This document shows positions 47,570-55,250 of a stretch of DNA of 64,000 nucleotides, piece after piece. Source of the stretch: a virus (lineage: Duplodnaviria; Caudoviricetes); the IMG/VR virus record IMGVR_UViG_3300020187_001966; one strand, given 5' to 3'. The position numbers and the translations under genes are program-made. A model generated the notes under the pieces. It did no database searches. It was not told the origin of the DNA and saw only the letters and a program-made list of their open reading frames with translations. Each line of letters begins with the position of its first letter. Position 1 is the first letter of the stretch.

Positions 47570-49258
47570 ATGAGCTGGAAAAAACACTTTACTGTCTATC
47601 AAGGACAAGGCCAAGAAATGAAACCTAGTAGTTCTAGTCGTTTCCAAAGTTGGCTACCTGAAGTATACAGTGGACAACCTAATCGTGTTGAGAGATATTC
47701 ACAATACGATCAAATGGATATGGATAGTGAAGTTAACGCTGCACTTGACATTATCAGCGAGTTTAGTACACAAAAAGATAAAACAACACAGCTACCTTTT
47801 AGCTTAGAGTATGTTGGTGATGTTACTGAAAGCGAAACAAAGATACTAGAGCAGACACTACGTCAGTGGTGTAAGCTACAAGACTGGGACACACGTATTT
47901 TTAAAACATTCCGTAATGCTGTTAAGTATGGCGATCAGTTTTTTATCCGTGATCCAGAAACTTGGGAAATGTATTATGTAAATCCAGTTGATGTTACTAA
48001 GGTTATTGTTAACGAGTCCAAAGGTAAAGAGCCTGAGCAATATGTTCTAAAGAACATTGACTTAAACATGCAAAACAAAACTGTAAGTGAACCAATTAAA
48101 CACAGTGACTCACATGCTAGTGTAAACAGTATGATGCGTGGCCAAACAATGGACCGCAATGGTTATGGCGCAACTGGCGCAGAATACAACAACAGTTTAG
48201 GTAACATTCAAGAATATAATGTTGATGCTACACACATAGTACATGCGGCATTAACAGAAGGCATGGACAGTAACTTCCCATTTGGTGCTAGTATACTTGA
48301 TCCAATCTTTAAAACATATAAACAAAAAGAACTATTAGAAGATAGTATTATTATCTATCGTGTACAAAGAGCTCCAGAACGTAGAGTGTTTTATGTTGAC
48401 GTAGGTAATATGCCAGCTAACAAAGCTATGGGTTTTGTTGAGCGTGTTAAAAATGAAATACACCAAAAGCGTATTCCAAGTAAAACAGGCGGCGGTAATA
48501 GTATTATGGATTCAGCATACAATCCACTGTCAATTATGGAAGATTACTTTTTTGCTCAAACTGCTGAAGGCAGAGGAAGTAAAGTTGAAGTACTACCAGG
48601 CGGTGAGAACCTAGGTCAAATTGATGACCTTAGATACTTTACAAACAAAATGCTTAGAGCATTGCGTGTACCTAGCAGTTACTTACCAACAGGACCAGAT
48701 GATGGAACAGCAAGTTATGTAGATGGCAGAGTAGGCACAGCATTTATTCAAGAGTACAGATTTAACCAGTACTGTCAGAGATTACAAAATATTATTGCTC
48801 CAGTATTTGATAACGAGTTTAAACTGTTTATGAAGAACAAAGGCATTAATATTGATAGTAGTATTTTTGACCTACAGTTTGTAGAACCACAGAGCTTTAG
48901 TGAATACAAAGAAATCGAAGTACATGCCGCAAGAGCAAACGTATTTGGGTCACTTGAGGGTGTAGATTATCTAAGTAGACGCTTTATGTTAAGCAAGTAC
49001 CTTGGACTTTCAGAAGATGAAATCCTCAAGAATGAAGAAATGTGGATGGAAGAAAACAAATCAGGTGTAACACCACCATCAGATAGTACACCAGGTCTTG
49101 GCGGCGTAGGTGTGCGTGGATTTGAAGGTGGCGGAAATGATCTAGGTGGTTTAGATGATTTAGATGCCGGCGAAGGTGGCGGAGACGACTCGCCAATTAG
49201 CGGTGCTGAAAATGCGACAACACCAGCACCAGCAGGAGGAGAAGACAATGCGCAGTAA
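47570..49258 (+). CDS. gp20: Portal vertex protein gp20
   Basis: KQKELLEDSIIIYRVQRAPERRVFYVDVGNMP, MEDYFF, GSKVEVLPGGENLGQIDDLRYF. Confidence 0.95.
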   Translation: MSWKKHFTVYQGQGQEMKPSSSSRFQSWLPEVYSGQPNRVERYSQYDQMDMDSEVNAALDIISEFSTQKDKTTQLPFSLEYVGDVTESETKILEQTLRQWCKLQDWDTRIFKTFRNAVKYGDQFFIRDPETWEMYYVNPVDVTKVIVNESKGKEPEQYVLKNIDLNMQNKTVSEPIKHSDSHASVNSMMRGQTMDRNGYGATGAEYNNSLGNIQEYNVDATHIVHAALTEGMDSNFPFGASILDPIFKTYKQKELLEDSIIIYRVQRAPERRVFYVDVGNMPANKAMGFVERVKNEIHQKRIPSKTGGGNSIMDSAYNPLSIMEDYFFAQTAEGRGSKVEVLPGGENLGQIDDLRYFTNKMLRALRVPSSYLPTGPDDGTASYVDGRVGTAFIQEYRFNQYCQRLQNIIAPVFDNEFKLFMKNKGINIDSSIFDLQFVEPQSFSEYKEIEVHAARANVFGSLEGVDYLSRRFMLSKYLGLSEDEILKNEEMWMEENKSGVTPPSDSTPGLGGVGVRGFEGGGNDLGGLDDLDAGEGGGDDSPISGAENATTPAPAGGEDNAQ

Positions 49259-49451
49259 TGAATTTTTAGTTGAGTATTATGAAGATGAAGATAACGAGTA
49301 CTCAAATCGTAAAATTGATGATGTTCGACGCAGTAGGTTAACACTAAAACATATTAATAGACTGCGTAAACAACGTGAAATTCACAAGACAGAACATGCT
49401 ACACGTACTGAACGTGTACAACAAATATACCGCAGATCATCTGGGGAATAA
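49248..49451 (+). CDS. Small prohead core-type protein
   Basis: AGGAGG RBS then MRSNEFLVE...RSRLTLKHINRLRK. True start 49248, not the track start 49164. Confidence 0.7.
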   Translation: MRSNEFLVEYYEDEDNEYSNRKIDDVRRSRLTLKHINRLRKQREIHKTEHATRTERVQQIYRRSSGE

Positions 49452-49469
49452 TACAAACTACAACAAATT

Positions 49470-49532
49470 AAGGCATGAAAACTTACTTATCTTGACGTTC
49501 TTGTCAAAAAGTACAGTTTTTATGCCTTTTTT
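49470..49532 (+). terminator. Long 24-bp hairpin followed by a T-run (terminator or processing site)
   Basis: AAGGCAT/ATGCCTT, GAAAACT/AGTTTTT, TACTT/AAGTA, TTGAC/GTCAA with a GTTCTT loop, then TTTT. Confidence 0.6.
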
Positions 49533-49552
49533 CTATGGTAAAACGTATTGGT

Positions 49553-49560
49553 AATAAATA
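49553..49560 (+). promoter_or_regulatory. Late-promoter variant
   Basis: AATAAATA upstream of the prohead core-protease-capsid operon. Confidence 0.5.
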
Positions 49561-49609
49561 ATACTTGTAAACCAGTAATGGTAAGCCTGAATTTTTAAGG
49601 AGATATAAA

Positions 49610-50383
49610 ATGAGTAATCATAAGGATTCATTAGTTAAAGTCCTAGAATATCTTGTCAACGAAGATCGTGAAAAAGCGTCAGACCTTTTACATGATGTAT
49701 TTGTTGAGAAAGCAAAAAATCATTGGGCGTCACTTTCAGAGAGTGATGAGTCAGTGGAAGAAGATATTCAAGACGAAGACTTAGACGAAACATACGAAGT
49801 TGAAGAAGGCATCAATAACTTTGATGCAGAGGAAGACTTTTTAGACGACATCGAAACAGCTGAAAACGAAATCGAAGCTGAAGAAGTGTACGGCGAAGAC
49901 GATGACCAAGAAGGTGAAGAAGAAGCACCTGAAATGGGCATGGACATGGAAGTAGACATGGACAGTGGCGAAGAAGAAGATGCTGCTGAACCAGAAGAAG
50001 CACTAGCTAATGTAGAAGATGCAATCGCAGAACTACGTGCAGCGTTTGCTGACATGATGGATGATGAACCAGCTGAAGAACCAGAAATGGAAGAAGAAGT
50101 TGCTTTTGAATCAGACGACAGTGACGACGAAGAAGTTGAAGCAGTTGAAGAAGGCGCAACAATGTCAGCAGTAAGTGTATCACACACTGATGGCAGTGAC
50201 AACAGTAAGTCACCAGTTGGTCCAGGAGACAGTTCAATGTCACCATCAAAGCCAGTCGATATTGCAGGCGGTACAGTTGAAGCAGGTGGCAAAGCGCCAG
50301 CAGCTAAAGACATGGGTGTAACAGGTCCACAAGAAGCAGGATCACCAACACCAGCACCGGCTCCAAAAAGAGAGATGAAGTAA
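49610..50383 (+). CDS. Acidic prohead core/scaffold protein
   Basis: Extremely D/E-rich, between portal and protease, L-x-E sites; strong RBS. Confidence 0.75.
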   Translation: MSNHKDSLVKVLEYLVNEDREKASDLLHDVFVEKAKNHWASLSESDESVEEDIQDEDLDETYEVEEGINNFDAEEDFLDDIETAENEIEAEEVYGEDDDQEGEEEAPEMGMDMEVDMDSGEEEDAAEPEEALANVEDAIAELRAAFADMMDDEPAEEPEMEEEVAFESDDSDDEEVEAVEEGATMSAVSVSHTDGSDNSKSPVGPGDSSMSPSKPVDIAGGTVEAGGKAPAAKDMGVTGPQEAGSPTPAPAPKREMK

Positions 50384-50384
50384 T

Positions 50385-51026
50385 ATGTCAACATCATTAC
50401 AAGAACACTTAACATTTAGTCAGGCAAATATTGTTACCGAGAGCATTGAAGAAGCTAACGGTGGTAAAAGCCTGTATATGAAAGGTATCTTTATTGAAGG
50501 CGATGTACGAAATCAGAACAACCGTATCTATACAAAAGAAGAAATTCATAATGCTGTTAAGGCAATTACTGAAAAAATCAAAAATGGATACAGTGTATTA
50601 GGCGAAGCTGATCACCCGGATGATCTAAATATTAATCTAGATCGTGTATCACACATTATCACAGAAATGGATACTGATGGTGCGAACGGTATTGGTAAGC
50701 TGAAATTATTACCTACTCCAATGGGAAATATATGTAAAACCCTTATAGAGAGTGGATGTAATTTAGGCGTGTCAAGCAGAGGCAGTGGCAATGTTAACGA
50801 TAAAGGAATAGTCAAAGATTTTGAGATTATTACTGTTGATATTGTTGCCAATCCAAGTGCTCCAAATGCTTACCCCGATCCAATTTATGAAAGAATTATG
50901 AATCATAAACGTGGTAATGTATTAATGGATGTAGCTTCTGCTGTTAAGCACGACGAACGGGCACAGCGTTATTTAAAAGATGAAGTAACGCACTTTATAG
51001 AGAACCTAAGGTATAGGAGAGATTAA
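50385..51026 (+). CDS. gp21: Prohead core protease gp21
   Basis: LYMKGIFIEG..RNQNNRIY, GEADHP, LGVSSRGSG, DIVANPSAPNAY. Confidence 0.95.
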   Translation: MSTSLQEHLTFSQANIVTESIEEANGGKSLYMKGIFIEGDVRNQNNRIYTKEEIHNAVKAITEKIKNGYSVLGEADHPDDLNINLDRVSHIITEMDTDGANGIGKLKLLPTPMGNICKTLIESGCNLGVSSRGSGNVNDKGIVKDFEIITVDIVANPSAPNAYPDPIYERIMNHKRGNVLMDVASAVKHDERAQRYLKDEVTHFIENLRYRRD

Positions 51027-51027
51027 T

Positions 51028-52125
51028 ATGGCTCACTCAATAGATGAACTATTAGGCTCCGGAACGCTCTCGGAAGAGGTTAGATCTTCAATCAGCGAAG
51101 CATGGGAAACTAAGCAAGCTGAACTACGTGAAGAAGTTGCGTCAGAACTACGTGAAGAATTTGCAGGACGTTATGAAAATGACAAAGCGCAAATTGTAGA
51201 AGCAATGGACACAATGATTGGTGAAGTTATTGCGAAAGAACTCGAAGAGTTCCAAGCAGACAAAGCCAAAGTAGCTGAAGATCGTGTTGCATATCGCAAG
51301 CATATGTCAGAACATGCAAATGTACTGAATGATTTTGTGATGGAAACATTACGCAAGGAAATTAACGAATTGCGTGAAGACCGTGAAGTAGCAGATAAGA
51401 ACATGGCACAGTTAGAAGGCTTTGTTCTTGAGCAACTTACAAAAGAGCTAAACGAGTTTCATGATGACAAACGCTCACTAGTTGAAGCAAAAGTTAAAAT
51501 GATAAAAGAAGGCAAAAAAGTTATCGAGCAAACAAAACGTAAGTTTATCGAAACTGCAGCAAACAAGGTGGAAAACATTCTTGAATCAACAATCAAGACT
51601 GAACTTACATCACTTAAAGAAGACATTCAAGTGGCTAAAGAAAACACATTTGGACGTAAGATTTTTGAAACATTTGCTGGAGAGTTTATGGGCAGCTACC
51701 TCAATGAAGGTACTGAAGTTGCTAAAATGAACAAATCGATAGATGCGCTAAATGCTAAACTCGATGAAGCAAACGAAATTGTTGCGCAAAAAGAAGTTCA
51801 ACTTGCAGAATCAACACGTAAGTCACGTATTGCTACTGACAATGCTGAGCGTAAGCTAATCATGAATGAAATGATGGCACCGCTTTCGAAACAACATAAA
51901 GAAGTAATGAATGCATTATTGGAGTCTACTAAGACTACTAATTTACAAAACGCATTTAACAAGTATCTTCCTTCAGTATTGAACGAAGACACAAAAACTA
52001 AAACTAAAAATACGAAGGTACTTAGTGAATCCTCAAAAGAGATCACTGGTGGAAAAACAACGGTAGCAGAAGCTAATGTTGATGCTAACATTGTGAACCT
52101 TCGCAAATTAGCCGGTATACAATAA
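51028..52125 (+). CDS. gp22: Prohead scaffolding protein gp22
   Basis: Coiled-coil, E/K-rich; FGRKIFETF; position between gp21 and gp23. Confidence 0.85.
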   Translation: MAHSIDELLGSGTLSEEVRSSISEAWETKQAELREEVASELREEFAGRYENDKAQIVEAMDTMIGEVIAKELEEFQADKAKVAEDRVAYRKHMSEHANVLNDFVMETLRKEINELREDREVADKNMAQLEGFVLEQLTKELNEFHDDKRSLVEAKVKMIKEGKKVIEQTKRKFIETAANKVENILESTIKTELTSLKEDIQVAKENTFGRKIFETFAGEFMGSYLNEGTEVAKMNKSIDALNAKLDEANEIVAQKEVQLAESTRKSRIATDNAERKLIMNEMMAPLSKQHKEVMNALLESTKTTNLQNAFNKYLPSVLNEDTKTKTKNTKVLSESSKEITGGKTTVAEANVDANIVNLRKLAGIQ

Positions 52126-52141
52126 GTTAAGGAGACCGAAA

Positions 52142-53302
52142 ATGGCAGACAACCTAATGGAAAATTGGGGCGCTACAAAAGACGCCCTCACAGATGGTTT
52201 ATCTGGAACAAAGAAGCAAGTAATGGAATCAGTACTTGAGAACACAAAACGCTACATCGCAGAATCTGCAACAGCGGGTGCTACTCAAGCAGGTAACATT
52301 GCTACACTAAACAAAGTGATTCTTCCAGTAATCAGACGTGTTATGCCAACTGTTATTGCTAACGAAATCGTTGGTGTACAGCCTATGACAGGCCCAGTTG
52401 GACAAATTCATACTCTACGTGTGAGATATGCAGAAACTTTTGACTCAGCAACAGCTGGTGACGAAGCTCTAAGCCCATTTGCAATCGCAACTGGATACTC
52501 AGGTAATGGAACTACAAACCGTGCAGATGCTACAGCATCGCAAGAAGGTTTACCTGGTAAGAAAATGTCAATTCAAGTGTTAAAACAAACAGTTGAAGCG
52601 AAAACACGTAAACTATCAGCACGTTGGACATTCGAAGCGGCACAAGACGCCAATTCAATGCACGGCCTAGACGTTGAAGCAGAAATCATGCAAGCACTTG
52701 CTCAAGAGATTACTGCTGAGATCGACCAAGAGATCATTACATCTCTTACATCACTAGCTGGTACAGCTACTGACACATACGACCAAAGTGGCGTAAGTGG
52801 TACAGCAACATTTGTAGGTGACGAGCATGCAGCACTAGCAGTTCTAATCAACAAAAATGCTAACACAATTGCAGCACGTACACGTCGTGGCGCAGGTAAC
52901 TGGGCAGTTGTTTCTCCAACAGTACTAACAGTACTACAGAGTGCGACTACATCAGCATTTGCACGTACAACAGAAGGTCCTTTTGAAGCACCTACAAACA
53001 CAAAATTCGTTGGTACACTAAACGGTACTATGAGAATTTATGTAAACCAGTACGCAGCAAACGACAACGTACTAGTAGGATACAAAGGCGCAACAGAGAC
53101 AGACGCAGCAGCGTTCTATTGCCCATACATCCCGCTAATGTCAAGTGGCACAGTGCTTGATCCAGACTCATTCGAGCCAGTGGTATCATTCATGACACGT
53201 TACGGATATGTAGAACTAAGCAACCAAGCATCATCGCTTGGTAACGCAGCAGACTACCTATCAGCAATCGCAGTTACATCAAACAAACTAGCATTTGCTT
53301 AA
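52142..53302 (+). CDS. gp23: Major capsid protein gp23
   Basis: VILPVIRRVMPTVIANEIVGVQPMTGP, EAKTRKLSARWTFEAAQD, FYCPYIPL, FMTRYG. Confidence 0.97.
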   Translation: MADNLMENWGATKDALTDGLSGTKKQVMESVLENTKRYIAESATAGATQAGNIATLNKVILPVIRRVMPTVIANEIVGVQPMTGPVGQIHTLRVRYAETFDSATAGDEALSPFAIATGYSGNGTTNRADATASQEGLPGKKMSIQVLKQTVEAKTRKLSARWTFEAAQDANSMHGLDVEAEIMQALAQEITAEIDQEIITSLTSLAGTATDTYDQSGVSGTATFVGDEHAALAVLINKNANTIAARTRRGAGNWAVVSPTVLTVLQSATTSAFARTTEGPFEAPTNTKFVGTLNGTMRIYVNQYAANDNVLVGYKGATETDAAAFYCPYIPLMSSGTVLDPDSFEPVVSFMTRYGYVELSNQASSLGNAADYLSAIAVTSNKLAFA

Positions 53303-53328
53303 TAGCAATTTTAGTTGATAAAATAAAG

Positions 53329-53354
53329 ATAGGCGCTACGGCGCCTATTTTTTT
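53329..53354 (+). terminator. Intrinsic terminator after gp23
   Basis: ATAGGCGC-TACG-GCGCCTAT (cUACGg tetraloop) plus a T-tract. Confidence 0.9.
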
Positions 53355-53375
53355 GACTTTTTTTTTAAAAAAGTG

Positions 53376-53404
53376 TTGACATTGGTGTCTACATATGCTA
53401 TATT
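53376..53404 (+). promoter_or_regulatory. Sigma70-like promoter
   Basis: TTGACA, 17 nt, TATATT; no substantial ORF follows. Confidence 0.75.
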
Positions 53405-53410
53405 ATATAC

Positions 53411-53615
53411 ATAGCTTGGGAGATATCCCAGAGTTAGATAGTGCAAGGAATGGCGGTCCGTAGAGGTCGTAACTTGGTTCATAGCTGTAGTGGCAATGCA
53501 AGAGCGTAGAGATACGAAGTTGTATTTTTAGACATAACTGTTTAATATGAAGTTCCCGGATTTGAGCGTGGCTCTACACAAGGGTTGTTGGTATTCACAG
53601 AGTCCAACCTATCAC
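53411..53615 (+). ncRNA. Candidate ~200-nt structured ncRNA of unknown family
   Basis: Own promoter; about 44% GC by hand count; nested helices GATAG/CTATC, GGA/TCC, TAGAG/CTCTA, AAC..TTCATA/TATGAAGTT; GNRA hairpin CGTA-GAGA-TACG. Confidence 0.6.
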
Positions 53616-53619
53616 TTTA

Positions 53620-53627
53620 TATAAATA
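53620..53627 (+). promoter_or_regulatory. T4-type late promoter
   Basis: Exact TATAAATA. Confidence 0.7.
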
Positions 53628-53654
53628 ATAACGTAAGAAATAAGGAATTTTAAC

Positions 53655-53714
53655 ATGTCAAAAACTACAGTACATATTACTTACTGGCCACCATGCGAAT
53701 GGGGAATGTTTTGA
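53655..53714 (+). CDS. 19-aa micro-ORF (MSKTTVHITYWPPCEWGMF), possible leader peptide
   Basis: TAAGGA RBS at proper spacing, late promoter upstream, terminator downstream. Confidence 0.5.
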   Translation: MSKTTVHITYWPPCEWGMF

Positions 53715-53741
53715 TGTGACTTTTTAAAAGTTATTTTATAC

Positions 53742-53776
53742 AAGCCCTTAGCATTAATTTGTTGGGGGCTTTTTTT
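53742..53776 (+). terminator. Intrinsic terminator
   Basis: AAGCCCTTAGCA-loop-TGTTGGGGGCTT followed by a T-tract. Confidence 0.8.
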
Positions 53777-53779
53777 ATG

Positions 53780-53851
53780 AACACACTATGTCCTACTGCA
53801 ATAGGAAGCGTTGCAGCGCATAGATCCCGAAAGGGTCGAAGTTAGTGTGTT
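53780..53851 (+). ncRNA. Compact structured RNA with complementary (kissing) loops
   Basis: 9-bp closing stem AACACACTA/TAGTGTGTT; TCCTA-CTGCAA-TAGGA; GCG-TTGCAG-CGC; GATCCC-GAAA-GGGTC. Confidence 0.65.
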
Positions 53852-53862
53852 TTTAAAAAAAT

Positions 53863-53936
53863 GAGGGTGTAGTGAAATGGTATCACGCTGGTCTCCAAAA
53901 CCAGAAGCAGGAGTTCGATTCTCCTCACCTTTGCCA
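53863..53936 (+). tRNA. trnW: tRNA-Trp (CCA)
   Basis: Full cloverleaf; anticodon CCA at 53895-97; GTTCGATT T-loop; encoded 3' CCA. Confidence 0.95.
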
Positions 53937-53942
53937 AATAAT

Positions 53943-54019
53943 TCTACCTTAGCTCAGTAGGTTAGAGCGCCTGATTGTGGATCAGGAGGTCTCTGGTTCG
54001 ATTCCAGAAGGTAGGACCA
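53943..54019 (+). tRNA. trnH: tRNA-His (GTG), lacking G-1 and carrying A73
   Basis: Cloverleaf with CCTGA-TTGTGGA-TCAGG anticodon arm, TTCGATT T-loop, encoded CCA. Confidence 0.95.
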
Positions 54020-54035
54020 ATTTTATCTTTACTGC

Positions 54036-54043
54036 TATAAATA
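54036..54043 (+). promoter_or_regulatory. T4-type late promoter
   Basis: Exact TATAAATA 22 nt upstream of ATG 54065. Confidence 0.75.
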
Positions 54044-54064
54044 GTATTAACATGGAGATAAGAT

Positions 54065-55234
54065 ATGAGCACCACAAAATATAAACAGGATTTAGACGTT
54101 ACTGGAAACATAACCTTATCCGGAAATGTAACAGCAGACGGAAACGTAATATTAGGTGATGCTGATACAGATAGCATTACACTAAATGCTGACATAACAA
54201 GTAACATAGTACCAGATGTCACTAACACATATGATTTAGGTGCTACTGGTAAAAACTGGAAAGACTTGTTTATAGCTAATGATATTACTGTTGGTAACAA
54301 TATCGTTGCTCTACAAGTAGCTACTCTTAGTGATGTAACAGTCGGAGCTGATTTAAGTGTTGCAGGTGATGCTGACATTACTGGAAACTTAGATGTTACA
54401 GGTAATATCACAAGTGCCGCATCAGGAACACCAACAGTAACTAGTTCAACAGATATTAATTTACAAGCAGGCACAGGTGCCGCTGATCGTGTTGAAGTTA
54501 CACAATCTCCTTTCAAAGTTGCTAGTTTTACTACAGCACAACGTGATGCGAAAACTAGTGAAAATGGCGACGTGATTTACAATACTACAACTGCTCAACT
54601 AGAATGTTATCAGGACAGTAGCTGGTCAGCTTTGAGAATAAATGAATCAGAGATTGCACTTGGTAAAGACGCAGGTAAAACAAGTCAAGGCGCAGGCTCA
54701 GTAGCAGTTGGGTATGAAGCAGGCAATACAGGTCAAGGCGCAAATGCAATAGCAATTGGTGAAAAAGCAGGTTATGCAAACCAAGCCGCAAACTCGATTG
54801 TAATAAACGCAACTGGTACAGAAGTATACAGCTTTGGAAGTGGTCTAGTAATTACACCAATTAGAAGTGCAAGTGGTACAACTACGTTGATGTATGATGC
54901 TTCGACAGGAGAAATTACACATACAGCAACACCAGCACAACAAACTATGATAGGAAGTGTGCAACAAATTAGTGGCCCTGGAGCAATTGACGTAACATCA
55001 TACATTACTGAAATTACAACAACTGGCGCAGATGCCTACACACTTGCAGATGGTGTAGCAGGACAAATAAAAATAATTAGTATGATAGTAGATGGCGGTG
55101 ACGCAACAATTACTCCGACTACATTTGCTACTGGAACGACAATTACAATGGCTGATGTAAACGATAACATAACATTATTATATGGTGCCAATGGTTGGGT
55201 GAATACCGCAAACCAAGGCTCAATTATAGCATAA
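54065..55234 (+). CDS. Putative fibre/virion appendage protein
   Basis: V.G.L.V.G fibre-shaft repeats; LGDADTD...TYDLG..GKNW module; adhesin-like AIGxxAG repeats. Confidence 0.7.
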   Translation: MSTTKYKQDLDVTGNITLSGNVTADGNVILGDADTDSITLNADITSNIVPDVTNTYDLGATGKNWKDLFIANDITVGNNIVALQVATLSDVTVGADLSVAGDADITGNLDVTGNITSAASGTPTVTSSTDINLQAGTGAADRVEVTQSPFKVASFTTAQRDAKTSENGDVIYNTTTAQLECYQDSSWSALRINESEIALGKDAGKTSQGAGSVAVGYEAGNTGQGANAIAIGEKAGYANQAANSIVINATGTEVYSFGSGLVITPIRSASGTTTLMYDASTGEITHTATPAQQTMIGSVQQISGPGAIDVTSYITEITTTGADAYTLADGVAGQIKIISMIVDGGDATITPTTFATGTTITMADVNDNITLLYGANGWVNTANQGSIIA

Positions 55235-55250
55235 TAACTTAGGAAATAAC

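Noticed and set aside
49768-50415. 215-aa minus-strand ORF (also other long antisense ORFs such as 21387..22091, 25416..26159, 53962..54516, 58555..59052, 62677..63225)
   Set aside because: These are antisense shadows of strongly supported genes with biased codon usage; they are S/A/V-rich and lack RBS or motifs.
40590-53302. Inteins or introns in gp46, portal, protease or capsid
   Set aside because: Lengths and motif spacing are ordinary; no C/S...HN splice motifs or LAGLIDADG inserts were seen.
53450-53509. 19-codon ORF MAVRRGRNLVHSCSGNARA inside the ncRNA candidate
   Set aside because: The AAGGA abuts the ATG with no spacer and the region is tied up in long-range helices; non-coding interpretation preferred.
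53780-53851. Known ribozyme or riboswitch (hammerhead, pistol, twister, HDV/theta, purine riboswitch)
   Set aside because: The required conserved cores and helix order are not present by inspection; reported as unclassified.
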